Source: an uncultured Acidobacteriota bacterium (GTDB lineage Bacteria; Acidobacteriota; Vicinamibacteria; Vicinamibacterales; 2-12-FULL-66-21). Taken from it: a stretch of 64,000 nt of DNA. The position numbers were made by a program, and so were the translations under genes. Numbering within the stretch: the first letter of the stretch is position 1; every line of letters begins with the position of its first letter. The notes beneath the pieces are model-generated. The model was not told the origin of the DNA and searched no databases. It saw nothing but the letters and a program-made list of their open reading frames with translations. The stretch covers positions 260,209 to 324,208 of the forward strand of contig CAWJNJ010000010.1 of the NCBI GenBank assembly GCA_963844245.1. Reading direction: 5' to 3'. Below are positions 10,130 through 18,967 of the stretch, in pieces.

Positions 10130-11158
10130 TTACCGCTGCACGCGTCCTGAAGCGTCGCCGCCCGCAAGTCGATCCACTTCATCCACCGAGACACGATTGA
10201 AATCGCCAGGAATCGTCTGCTTCAGCGCGCTCGCCGCAACGGCGAAGCGCAGCGCGGCCTCAGGGCTGCGGCCGGTCACAAGTCCGTAGATCAGCCCGGC
10301 GGCGAAGCTGTCGCCGCCGCCGATCCGGTCGACCAGGCGGACGTCATAGCGCTGGCTCCGGTGCATTGTTTTCGTCCCCGCGTCCCAGAGTGCCGCGCTC
10401 CACCCGTTGTCGCTGGCAGACACGCTCTCGCGCAAGGTGATGGCGATCATCCCGGGCCCGAAGTCTCGAGTCACGCGCTCGGCTGCGTCACGGAAGCCAT
10501 CGATGTTCAGTTCGCCAGTGGTGACGTCCGTTCCCTCGACATGCACGCCGAGCACGGACTGGAGGTCCTCCTCGTTGGCGATGATGACGTCCACGTCACG
10601 CATCATCGGCCCCATGACCTCCTGGGCCTGGGTCTCCGTCCACAGCTTCTTGCGGTAGTTCAAGTCAACGCTGACCTTCACGCCGGCCTTTCGCGCCGCC
10701 GTCATCGCACGTCGAGTGGCCTCGGCGCCGTTGCTGCCGAGCGCCGGTGTAATGCCGGTGACATGGAACCAGGCGGCACCTGCCATGACGGCGTCCCAGT
10801 TCACGGCCTCTGGCTTCATTTCGGCAATCGCGGAGTGCGCCCGGTCGTACACAACCGTGGAGGCGCGCTGGCTGGCGCCCGCCTCGGCGAAGTAGATGCC
10901 GACGCGCTGACCGCTGCGCACGATGTGGTCGGTGCGAACGTTCTCGGCTCGCAGCGCCTTGATCGCCGCATCGCCGATCGCATGTTTCGGTAGCGCGGTG
11001 ACGTAGTGACTCTCGAGGCCGAACTGGGCGAGGCTGACGGCGACATTGGCCTCGCCGCCGCCGAACGTTGCCGACAGCACCGGTGACTGGAAGAAGCGCT
11101 CGAATCCCGGCGGGCTCAGCCGCAGCATGATCTCGCCGAATGTCACCACCCTGGGCAT
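10130..11158 (-). CDS. kdgK: 2-dehydro-3-deoxygluconokinase (PfkB family)
   Basis: Motifs MPRVVTFGEIMLRLSPPG..., GGGEANVAVSLAQFG and GGGDSFAAGLIYG. I prefer ATG 11158, which is preceded by GAGGAG, over the track start at 11167 (TTG). Confidence 0.9.
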   Translation of the reverse strand: MPRVVTFGEIMLRLSPPGFERFFQSPVLSATFGGGEANVAVSLAQFGLESHYVTALPKHAIGDAAIKALRAENVRTDHIVRSGQRVGIYFAEAGASQRASTVVYDRAHSAIAEMKPEAVNWDAVMAGAAWFHVTGITPALGSNGAEATRRAMTAARKAGVKVSVDLNYRKKLWTETQAQEVMGPMMRDVDVIIANEEDLQSVLGVHVEGTDVTTGELNIDGFRDAAERVTRDFGPGMIAITLRESVSASDNGWSAALWDAGTKTMHRSQRYDVRLVDRIGGGDSFAAGLIYGLVTGRSPEAALRFAVAASALKQTIPGDFNRVSVDEVDRLAGGDASGRVQR

Positions 11159-11163
11159 CGCGC

Positions 11164-11808
11164 TCAACTCCTCGCTGATTTGACGTTCGCGACGACGCGT
11201 TCCGCGTTCGCGCGCAAGAGACCGTAATTGGACGAGGCAATGGCAGACGCGTCCAGAAGCGCCGTGCCGATGCCGACCGCCACCGCGCCGGCCCGGATCC
11301 AGTCACCGGCATTGTCGAGCGTGACGCCGCCGGTCGGCATCAGCTTCACATGCGGGAGTGGACCGCGCACGTCCTTGAAAAACGAGGGCCCGAGCGACGT
11401 CGCCGGGAAGACCTTGACGACGTCCGCGCCCGCGTCCCAGGCATCGAGAATCTCGGTGGGCGTGAAGCATCCGGGCATGGCCGGCACGCCGCCCGCGTGG
11501 GCGGCCGCGATGATCGCGGGACGTGAGACGGGACTGACGATGAACTGGGCGCCAGCGTCGATGACGCGGGCCGCGGTATCGGCGTCGAGAATCGTGCCGG
11601 CGCCGAGGATGAACCCGCTCGGGAGGGTCGGTGCCAGTTGGCGGATCAGATCCACGGCGCCCGGGACCGTCATCGTGATCTCGAGCGCCCTGATACCACC
11701 CGCGCCGATGGCATCGACGACCGCGCGTAGTTTGTCCGGTTCCTTCATTCGGATCACGGCCACCACGCCGGCCTGTTCAATCGACTGGACGGTCTCGGGG
11801 ATGCTCAT
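11164..11808 (-). CDS. eda: KDPG / 4-hydroxy-2-oxoglutarate aldolase
   Basis: Motifs VVAVIRMK, GIRALEITMT, GAGTILD, FIVSP and VKVFPA (catalytic Lys context). The ATG at 11806-11808 overlaps the upstream stop as ATGA. The longer track ORF (to 11979) overlaps KduI/IolB and is Arg-rich junk. Confidence 0.9.
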   Translation of the reverse strand: MSIPETVQSIEQAGVVAVIRMKEPDKLRAVVDAIGAGGIRALEITMTVPGAVDLIRQLAPTLPSGFILGAGTILDADTAARVIDAGAQFIVSPVSRPAIIAAAHAGGVPAMPGCFTPTEILDAWDAGADVVKVFPATSLGPSFFKDVRGPLPHVKLMPTGGVTLDNAGDWIRAGAVAVGIGTALLDASAIASSNYGLLRANAERVVANVKSARS

Positions 11809-12590
11809 TTGCTGTCGTGAATCCATCGGTGCGCCGGGTCCTCGTGCAGGGCGAGCTTGCGATGCTCCCCGGCCATGCCCCACAGGTAGTAAAGCCTGTA
11901 GCCGGGCGGGGATGACACCGGATGATAGCCGTAAGGGAGCAGGACCGTGTCGCCGTCGCGCACCGAATGCGTCACGCACTCACCATCGGTGGTGTACAGC
12001 ATCTGCTGGCCGAAACCCTGCGGTGGATCGACGCGATAGTAGTAGACCTCCTCGAGGCACGGTTCGCCGTCGCGTCCGTCGTGCTTGTGCGGTGGGAAAC
12101 TGCTCCAGTTCCCGGGCGGGTTGAACGTCTCGCCGACCATGAGGCGCGTGACGTGCTCGTCGTCTACGAAGATGTTGTGCACCTCGCGCGAGTAGTTGCC
12201 GCGGCCGCGATCGTTCACCTGGACCTGGTCGGGCCCGACGACAGTCGCCTCATTGCCCGATGCCGCCGGCGTCGAGAAGATCACGGCTTCGAAGGGGGCG
12301 CTCGCCAGGATCTGCAGGGACGTGTCCGGGGGCAAGTAGAGCGCCGTGGCGCGCTCAGTGAAGACGTCGTCGCGCTTGACGTCCCATTGGCGGTCGCCGA
12401 CCGTGAACCGGGCCCGGCCCTTCTGGACGACCAGGACGGCCTCCTCGCCAGGAATGAGCAGGTCTGCCGTGGCGCCGGCGTCGAGCTGCACGCGACGGGT
12501 GGAGAGTTCCGTGGCGCCAGCCTCGCCGCGGCGCTGCAGCGTCTGGACACCGGGAGTGCGGGGAATTCTGAAGAGGGTCTGGTTCAACAT
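11805..12590 (-). CDS. KduI/IolB-family isomerase (IolB-like; probable 5-dehydro-4-deoxy-D-glucuronate isomerase in this context)
   Basis: 261 aa. The GNWSSFPPHKHD and EEVYYY cupin motifs are of the IolB type. It lies in an operon with eda and kdgK. Confidence 0.8.
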   Translation of the reverse strand: MLNQTLFRIPRTPGVQTLQRRGEAGATELSTRRVQLDAGATADLLIPGEEAVLVVQKGRARFTVGDRQWDVKRDDVFTERATALYLPPDTSLQILASAPFEAVIFSTPAASGNEATVVGPDQVQVNDRGRGNYSREVHNIFVDDEHVTRLMVGETFNPPGNWSSFPPHKHDGRDGEPCLEEVYYYRVDPPQGFGQQMLYTTDGECVTHSVRDGDTVLLPYGYHPVSSPPGYRLYYLWGMAGEHRKLALHEDPAHRWIHDSK

Positions 12591-12600
12591 GGTATGTCCA
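12580..12600. promoter_or_regulatory. Two abutting operator-like boxes, TGGTTCAACA + TGGTATGTCCA, overlapping the KduI/IolB start codon
   Basis: The 10-mer TGGTTCAACA is identical to the one in the TonB-receptor promoter (18888-18897). The 13-mer TGGTATGTCCACT recurs at 12747-12759. Confidence 0.5.
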
Positions 12601-12746
12601 CTTTGCTAGCGTAGGTTACTGTCTGGACGTTCCGCTCATCAAGCGTTTGTAGGGGCGGTTCGCGAACAGCCCCGTGGCGATCGGCTTGACACGAGTGAAA
12701 CCGTGCTGGCAAGATGCGCGCGTCATTTATCAGCGGCTCCGCCAGG

Positions 12747-12759
12747 TGGTATGTCCACT
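12747..12759. promoter_or_regulatory. Operator-like box TGGTATGTCCA(CT) at the GH28 translation start
   Basis: Exact 13-nt copy of 12590-12602. It matches the TGGT-N3-(A/T)CCA pattern seen at 16289, 18904 and 22602. Confidence 0.5.
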
Positions 12760-14172
12760 ATGTCAAATGTAACCCGTAGGCGATTTATTCACACGACCGC
12801 AGCCGCCGTTCCCGCCCTGGCGCTCTACGAGCACCTCGGCGCGTGGCAGAACACGACAGCGGATCCGTGGTCGCGCGCAGATGCGATCGTCCGCTCGATC
12901 GTCGTTCCGAAGTTTCCGGCGCGGGACTTCGACATCACCAAATACGGCGCGGTCGGGGATGGCAAGGCATCGTGCACCGCGGCGATCCGCAAGGCGATCG
13001 AAGCCTGCGCGGCGGCCGGCGGCGGCCAGGTGATCGTCCCCGATGGACGATTTGTCACGGGCGCCTTGACCCTGAAGAGTAACGTCAACCTGCATCTCGC
13101 CGACAAGGCGACGCTGGCGTTCAGCGCCGACCATCGTGAGTATCCGATTGTCTTCACCCGATGGGAAGGCGTCGAACTGATGAACGTTTCGCCCTTCATC
13201 TACGCCTTCGAGCAGCAGAACATTGCGATCACCGGGCGCGGCACGCTGGACGGACAGGCGGATGCCGATCATTGGTGGCAGTGGCGGCTGGCGAGTCCAG
13301 GTACTCCTGGTCGCGACCGTGCCGCCCGAAACCGGCTGATCGACATGCAGGCCAACGCGGTCCCCGTGGCAAAGCGTGTGTTCGGCGCGGACGATTACCT
13401 GCGCCCCAACTTCATCCAGCCGTATCGCAGCCGCAACATCCTGATCGAGGGCGTCACGATCGTGAACTCCCCGATGTGGGAGATTCACCCGGTCCTCTGC
13501 GAAAGCGTCACGGTGCGGAACGTGATGATCCGCAGCCATGGTCCGAATAACGACGGGTGCAATCCCGAGTCGTCGAAGAACGTGTTGATCGAGGGCTGCA
13601 CCTTCGACACGGGTGACGACTGCATCGCCCTGAAGTCCGGGCGGAACGACGACGGACGACGCATCAACGTACCGGTGGAGAACGTCGTCATTCGCGGCTG
13701 CACGATGAAAGACGGACACGGTGGCGTCGTCATCGGCAGCGAGATCTCCGGCGGCGCCAGGAACGTGTTTGCAGAGAAATGCGTCATGGACAGTCCGCAG
13801 CTGGACCGGGCCCTCCGCATCAAGACCAACGCGGTGCGCGGCGGACTCATCGAAGGCATCTACATGCGTGACGTCACCGTCGGGGAGGTCGCCGAAGCGG
13901 TGGTGACGATCAACTTCTTCTACGAGGAAGGCGAAGCGGGCAAGTACATCCCCGTCGTGCGTGACGTCGACGTCCGCAACGTCACCAGCCGCAAGAGCCA
14001 GTATGCGCTGCTGCTGCGCGGCTTCAAGAACGCGCCGATCTCGGGCGTTCGTATTCAGGATTGCGTCTTCGACGGCGTCGCGAAACCTGATCTGCTCGAG
14101 AACGTCAAGGGCGTCGAGCTGAAGAATGTGAAGGTGAACGGTAAGGTGCGGAACGAAGTGATCAGCGCGTAG
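12751..14172 (+). CDS. Glycoside hydrolase family 28 (exo-polygalacturonase-like), Tat-type signal
   Basis: RRRFIHTTAAAVPALA is a twin-arginine signal. NNDGCNPES, GDDCIALKSG, GHGGVVIGSE and RIKT are the GH28 catalytic blocks. The start is ATG 12751 or 12760. The track start 12703 adds non-protein-like residues. Confidence 0.9.
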   Translation: MSTMSNVTRRRFIHTTAAAVPALALYEHLGAWQNTTADPWSRADAIVRSIVVPKFPARDFDITKYGAVGDGKASCTAAIRKAIEACAAAGGGQVIVPDGRFVTGALTLKSNVNLHLADKATLAFSADHREYPIVFTRWEGVELMNVSPFIYAFEQQNIAITGRGTLDGQADADHWWQWRLASPGTPGRDRAARNRLIDMQANAVPVAKRVFGADDYLRPNFIQPYRSRNILIEGVTIVNSPMWEIHPVLCESVTVRNVMIRSHGPNNDGCNPESSKNVLIEGCTFDTGDDCIALKSGRNDDGRRINVPVENVVIRGCTMKDGHGGVVIGSEISGGARNVFAEKCVMDSPQLDRALRIKTNAVRGGLIEGIYMRDVTVGEVAEAVVTINFFYEEGEAGKYIPVVRDVDVRNVTSRKSQYALLLRGFKNAPISGVRIQDCVFDGVAKPDLLENVKGVELKNVKVNGKVRNEVISA

Positions 14173-14175
14173 AAC

Positions 14176-15138
14176 TCAGCGCGCCGACTTCCAGCGGTCG
14201 TATTCCTTCTCGACAAGGGCGCGCGGCCAGGTGCCGAACCAGGCGTATCCGTCGCGCCGTTCCTGCTCGATCTCGGCCAGTTGATAGCGGATCACCCCGT
14301 CGCGGCCCGAGAAGATGGGTCGATTGGTGCCGAGCTCATAGAAACGGGCCCACCGCCCGTCTTCCTGCCGCACGGCACGCAGCCAGGTCACTGCTGCGTC
14401 CACCGCGCCCACGATGGCAGGGGTCGACGGTTGTCGCATCAGGAAGCGCACAACGCCGGTGGTCTCGGCCCCACTCAACGAGACGTGCTCGTAGGTTCGG
14501 GCGGGGCGTGGCTCGAGTGTGACGGCATCATGCTGGGCACACCAGGCGGTCAGCGTCCCCTTCACAGTGATCTGGGTCTTCAGGATCACATCCACGGCGC
14601 GGCGCACGGCGTCTGCGGCCTTGCCGCGACGCTCGGCATCAACGTAGGTGAAGGGCGCCTTACCGACCGCAACGTCCTCCATGACCATCACGACATTGAT
14701 CATGGCGTTGTCGTTGAAGGTGATGTGGCGCGAGTAATCGTTGCGCAGCGGGTAGAACTGCGGCCATCCACCATTCGGGTATTGCGCGGCAAGCAGGTAG
14801 TCGATGCCCTTCGTGGCCGCGGCCCGGTAGGTTTCTCCCGGCACTTGCGAAAGCAGCCTGATCTGGGTCGTCGTCGCGCCGTTGTCGATGGTGGCGTCGG
14901 GCCGGGCGGGGACGTCTGCCTTCGGCGCCTCCATCATGTCGATGTCCTTCGGCCAGCCGCCGGACTCGCGCTGAAAACGGAGGACGTTGTCGGCGACGGC
15001 TCGCGCCTCCGGCGACGTGTACCAGGGAGCTGGTTGTTCGAGGACGTCCTGCCACCGCACGCGCGCCGGCGCCTGCGCGCAAACGTGAGCGGCGGCAGAG
15101 GCAATCAGGACGATGAGTCCGAACAGCGGCTTACGCAT
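14176..15138 (-). CDS. Pectate lyase, PelA/Pel-15E type (PL10)
   Basis: Signal peptide MRKPLFGLIVLIASAAAHVCAQ, then RFQRESGGWPKDIDM, IDNGATTTQIRLL, AAQYPNGGWPQFYPL and ITFNDNAMINV. The start at 15138 overlaps the upstream M24-like stop by 8 nt. Confidence 0.85.
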   Translation of the reverse strand: MRKPLFGLIVLIASAAAHVCAQAPARVRWQDVLEQPAPWYTSPEARAVADNVLRFQRESGGWPKDIDMMEAPKADVPARPDATIDNGATTTQIRLLSQVPGETYRAAATKGIDYLLAAQYPNGGWPQFYPLRNDYSRHITFNDNAMINVVMVMEDVAVGKAPFTYVDAERRGKAADAVRRAVDVILKTQITVKGTLTAWCAQHDAVTLEPRPARTYEHVSLSGAETTGVVRFLMRQPSTPAIVGAVDAAVTWLRAVRQEDGRWARFYELGTNRPIFSGRDGVIRYQLAEIEQERRDGYAWFGTWPRALVEKEYDRWKSAR

Positions 15139-16284
15139 TGAGCACCAGCACGCCGGGGACGCGAAGGTGTTGCGATCGCACGTCCAGTTCAATCGATGGC
15201 CATCCTGTCGTCGTAGTCAGAACCTCGATGCTCCCGTCCTGTTGCAGGAGGCAGGTCTCTTCGATCTTGGTGCCGGTAATGGTCGGATTCCAGGCGAGCG
15301 CCTGGGGCGCTCGGATGATTTCGCTGGACCCTGGATGCGCAACCCATTCGCGGGACCGATACGCAATCACACCGCCTTGGTGGTGCCGCCGTTCCTCACC
15401 CGGAAAGCCGGCATTGGCATACGCCACCTGTGCGGCCGTGAACAGTTCGGCACCGGTGGCGCCGGGTACGGATGCCGTCAACAACGCGCCGAGGACATCG
15501 GCCGTCAACCGCGTCCGGCGATCGAGTTCCTCGTTCGCCCGCACGCTGACGATTCGTGTGAGCGCGGTGATGAGTCCGTCGCGCTCGGCGCAGACGGCTA
15601 TCAGCAGCCGGTCCTTCCACACGCGGTTGGTGGGTGCCGGGTGGCGGAAGGCCGCGATTCGATCATCGGCGCCGACGAGCAGCACTGCAGGGGCGCAGGT
15701 TTGCACTGAGCAGCGCACATCCCAACCCGCTGCGCGATGTCATGTTCTGTGAGACCCGGCTCGAGCGTCCGGACGACCGACCCGACAACCGTCGCGGCGT
15801 CCTGGCAAAGCGATCGGTATCTCGGGAGTTCACCTTCATCGAGCGCCTGGCGCAGGGACGAGATCGCGGGCTCGAGGAGCCGCGCGTGAGTTGAGGGCAG
15901 GTCGGCTCCCAGCCCCGCGCTGCCGGCGGCTTCAACGGCAATTCTGTAGAGCAACGCGGGATCCTGGCGCTCATCCTCCCAGGGGAAATCGAGCACGGCG
16001 AAATCCAACCCGTCCAGCGACTCCTTGGAGATGCGCGCACTCTCGATCGTGTTCGCGAGCAGGTAGCGGCGTCTGTCCGCCGTCACCATCAGGGTCGCCA
16101 CCCCGTTTTCGCGCAGCGCATCGATACGATTGCTGCCGCCGGCCGACAGCCAACTGAAGTTGTGCTGTGTCGTCAGGAGCACCGCCGAAAGGCCCTGTTC
16201 CCGCGCCAGCGCGGCCAGCAGATCGGCTTTTCTCCCGACCTCTTCGAACCGAGCTGTGCGGAATCCTCTTGCGTCCGGGTGCAT
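15131..16284 (-). pseudogene. M24-family (creatinase/prolidase fold) protein, frameshift(s) around 15690-15725 (ORFs 15601-16491 and 15131-15718)
   Basis: The N-terminal half (from ATG 16284, MHPDARGFRTARFEEVGRKADLLAALAREQGLSAVLL) resembles a creatinase_N domain. It then reads TEHDIAQRVG, followed by a frame change, then AVLLVGADDRIAAFRHPAPT ... HHQGG ... TKIEETCLLQQDGSIEVLT (pita-bread fold). The first 69 codons of the track ORF are Arg-rich and rejected. Confidence 0.7.
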
Positions 16285-16288
16285 GAAG

Positions 16289-16299
16289 TGGCTATACCA
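16289..16299. promoter_or_regulatory. Operator-like box TGGCTATACCA in the divergent M24-PL10 / GH105-DUF4861 intergenic region
   Basis: Lies in the 41-nt intergenic region 16285-16325. Palindromic TGG..ATACCA core of the same type as 22602-22612. Confidence 0.45.
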
Positions 16300-16325
16300 A
16301 TACCACGTCCAAAGGAGAAGTTCAG

Positions 16326-17714
16326 ATGCGAATCGCTCTACTCGGGCTCGCCGTCTCCGCCCTGCTCGCCGGCGGAATGCTCCAGGCACAGGAGAAGCCC
16401 TCCGCGCCTCAGCCGCCGACGCCACAGAAACCGGGCCGGAGCGAGCCGAATTTCCAGTGGCCCTCGATCGCGCCCGGTGTCGACTACACACTGCCGACAG
16501 AAGCCGAGATCAAGGCGCCGCTCGACCGCGTCCGCGATTTCTTCGTGAAGTCAACGCCGTATCGCATCATCGACACCGCAACCGGAGCGCCCGTCACTGA
16601 CCTGACGACCCCGTCCAAGACCGTAGGCATCGACCTCCGGGAAGGGGAGTTCAACGACTGGACCTATTCGATCGGTGTGACGCTGGCCGGCATGCTCCAC
16701 GCCGCCGACGTCACGGGCGACAAGTCCTTCGAGGCCTACACCTACAAGAACTTCGACTTCATCTTCGATCACATCGAATATTTCCGAGCCCAGGCGAAAG
16801 CGTTTGGGCCGCAGCCTTACGGTTACCGGCGACTCGTGGACATGCACGAGCTGGACGACTGCGGCGCGATCGGCGCGGCGCTGATCAAGACCTACAAGCG
16901 GACGAAGGACCCACGCTATAAGCCGGTCATCGACCTGATCGCGGATTTTGTCTCCAACAAGATGCAGCGCATGCCGGATGGAACGCTGTCCCGCCCACGC
17001 CCGCATCCGGTCTCGGTGTGGGTGGACGATCTCTATATGAGCGTCCCCTTTCTCGCGCAGATGGGTGACCTCACCGGGGAATCGAAGTACTTCGACGATG
17101 CCGCGAAGCAGGTGATCCAGTACTCGGAGCGCCTGATGAACCCCACGACCGGGCTCTTCGATCACTCGTGGTTCGCGCACGAGCCGAATGACCCCAAGTT
17201 CTACTGGGGCCGCGGCGCCGGCTGGGCGCTGATGGCAACGGCCGAACTACTGAGCGTGATGCCTGAAGGTCATCCCCGCTACAAAGAAGTGCTGGAGATC
17301 TATCGCCGTGGCGCAAAGGGGGCGGCCGCCGTCCAGAGCGGAACCGGCATGTGGCATCAACTGCTCGACAAGACCGACAGCTATCTCGAGACGTCCGCGT
17401 CGGCGATGTTCACGTTCGCGATTGCCCGCGGCGTCAATCGCGGCTGGCTCCAGCCGGTCTATGGCCCGGTCGCGCAGGCAGGGTGGCGCGCGGTCGAACA
17501 GCGGGTTCGCCAGGACGGTACGCTCGACGGCGCCGTCGTCCAGACCACCGCGGCCTACGATGCGGTGTATTACTACAACCGTCCAACCGACACGAAGGCG
17601 ATGCAGGGGTTCGGTGCGGTCCTGATGGCCGGCGCCGAAGTCACGACAATGCTGCGGAGCTTCGAGGTTCAGAAGCGGCTCAACACCTTCCACTACTTTC
17701 CAAAGAAGCAGTAA
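16326..17714 (+). CDS. Unsaturated rhamnogalacturonyl hydrolase (GH105, YteR/YesR-like)
   Basis: Signal peptide, then VWVDDLYMSVPFLAQMG, YWGRGAGWALMA and GMWHQLLD, which are GH88/GH105 motifs. AAAGGAG RBS upstream. Confidence 0.85.
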   Translation: MRIALLGLAVSALLAGGMLQAQEKPSAPQPPTPQKPGRSEPNFQWPSIAPGVDYTLPTEAEIKAPLDRVRDFFVKSTPYRIIDTATGAPVTDLTTPSKTVGIDLREGEFNDWTYSIGVTLAGMLHAADVTGDKSFEAYTYKNFDFIFDHIEYFRAQAKAFGPQPYGYRRLVDMHELDDCGAIGAALIKTYKRTKDPRYKPVIDLIADFVSNKMQRMPDGTLSRPRPHPVSVWVDDLYMSVPFLAQMGDLTGESKYFDDAAKQVIQYSERLMNPTTGLFDHSWFAHEPNDPKFYWGRGAGWALMATAELLSVMPEGHPRYKEVLEIYRRGAKGAAAVQSGTGMWHQLLDKTDSYLETSASAMFTFAIARGVNRGWLQPVYGPVAQAGWRAVEQRVRQDGTLDGAVVQTTAAYDAVYYYNRPTDTKAMQGFGAVLMAGAEVTTMLRSFEVQKRLNTFHYFPKKQ

Positions 17715-17716
17715 CC

Positions 17717-18865
17717 ATGACGATCCGTAGCGCGCTCGTATTCGCCGGTCTCTGGGTGGTCGCCTCGCAGGGGACGCCGCCCACCCGCAACGTCACCGTG
17801 GTCAACCCCATCGACGTCGAGCGTCCAGCCGAGACGATCACGCTCGCCGCACCGGCGCTGCTCGAGGCGCTGCAGGTGAAGGACGTGCGCACCGTGCGCG
17901 TCCGCGACGCGAAGTCCGGCCAGGACCTGCTGACCCAGGCCGTGGACCTGAATGACGACGGCACGTTCGACGAGTTGATCTTCCAGGCCGACATTGCGGC
18001 CAGCGAGACACGCCGTTTCAGCCTGACCGTGGGGGAGCGCCGCATCCCGACGCGCGAGGAGTACCGGGCCTACGGCCGGTTCAATCGCGAGAGGCGTGAC
18101 GACTTCGCGTGGGAGAACGATCGCGTCGCGCATCGCATGTACGGCGCCGCGCTCGAGACCTGGGCGCAGGAGCCGTTGACGAGCAGCGGCCTCGATGTCT
18201 GGGTGAAGCGCACGCGCCGCCTCGTAATCAACGACTGGTACATGATCGACGACTATCATCGCGACACTGGTGACGGAGCGGACCTCTATTCCGCCGGCCG
18301 GACCCGCGGTTGCGGCGGCAGCGGGCTGCTGGCCGGCGGCAAGCTGTTCTCGCCACCGAACTTCCGCAACACGCGAGTGCTGGCGCAGGGTCCGATCCGG
18401 GTGCTGTTCGAATTGATGTACGAGCCCTGGGACGCCGGCGGCGCGAAGGTCACCGAGACGAGGCGCGTCACCCTCGATGCCGGGAGTCACGTGAACCGGT
18501 TCGACCTCACGTTCCAGCCCGGGCCTTCACCTGGCACCGAGCTCGCCGCCGGGGTGCGCATCAATCCCGGCCAGGCGGCGCAGCCGACGCTGGCGTCGGG
18601 CGTTCTGCGGACGTGGGAGCCCCTGAAACAGGATGGCCATCTGGGATGCGCGGTGATCGTGCCGGGAATGACGCGGTCGCTGGTCCTCGATGGCAATACC
18701 CTGGCGGTCGCGCCGCTCGCTGGCACCGGCGCGACGACGTACTACTCCGCGTCGGCGTGGGATCGCGGCGGCGACATCAAAGACGTCGCGGCATTCGACG
18801 CCTACCTGGCGCGCGAAGCACGGCGCCGGCAGGCCCCGGTACGAATTCAGCTCGAGAGCCGCTGA
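17717..18865 (+). CDS. DUF4861-like exported protein of unknown function
   Basis: Starts MTIRSALVFAGLWVVASQG (ATG 17717, 3 nt after the GH105 stop). DFAWENDRVAHRMYG and SGLDVWVKR resemble DUF4861 proteins, which I recall being found beside KduI/KduD genes. The track ORF start 17351 overlaps GH105. Confidence 0.7.
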   Translation: MTIRSALVFAGLWVVASQGTPPTRNVTVVNPIDVERPAETITLAAPALLEALQVKDVRTVRVRDAKSGQDLLTQAVDLNDDGTFDELIFQADIAASETRRFSLTVGERRIPTREEYRAYGRFNRERRDDFAWENDRVAHRMYGAALETWAQEPLTSSGLDVWVKRTRRLVINDWYMIDDYHRDTGDGADLYSAGRTRGCGGSGLLAGGKLFSPPNFRNTRVLAQGPIRVLFELMYEPWDAGGAKVTETRRVTLDAGSHVNRFDLTFQPGPSPGTELAAGVRINPGQAAQPTLASGVLRTWEPLKQDGHLGCAVIVPGMTRSLVLDGNTLAVAPLAGTGATTYYSASAWDRGGDIKDVAAFDAYLAREARRRQAPVRIQLESR

Positions 18866-18881
18866 AAAAGAGGATTGCGCT

Positions 18882-18913
18882 GTTGACATGGTTCAACAGC
18901 AAGTGGTATTACC
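18882..18913 (+). promoter_or_regulatory. TTGACA -35-like hexamer followed by two operator-like boxes (TGGTTCAACA, TGGTATTACC) upstream of the TonB-dependent receptor
   Basis: TTGACA at 18882-18887, box 1 at 18888-18897, box 2 at 18904-18913. The AGGAGG RBS and the ATG at 18968 follow. Confidence 0.5.
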
Positions 18914-18967
18914 TCTCTGCCCGGACGGCGCTCAAGCTCGTCCGTTCCATTTCTTCAGGAGGCCTGC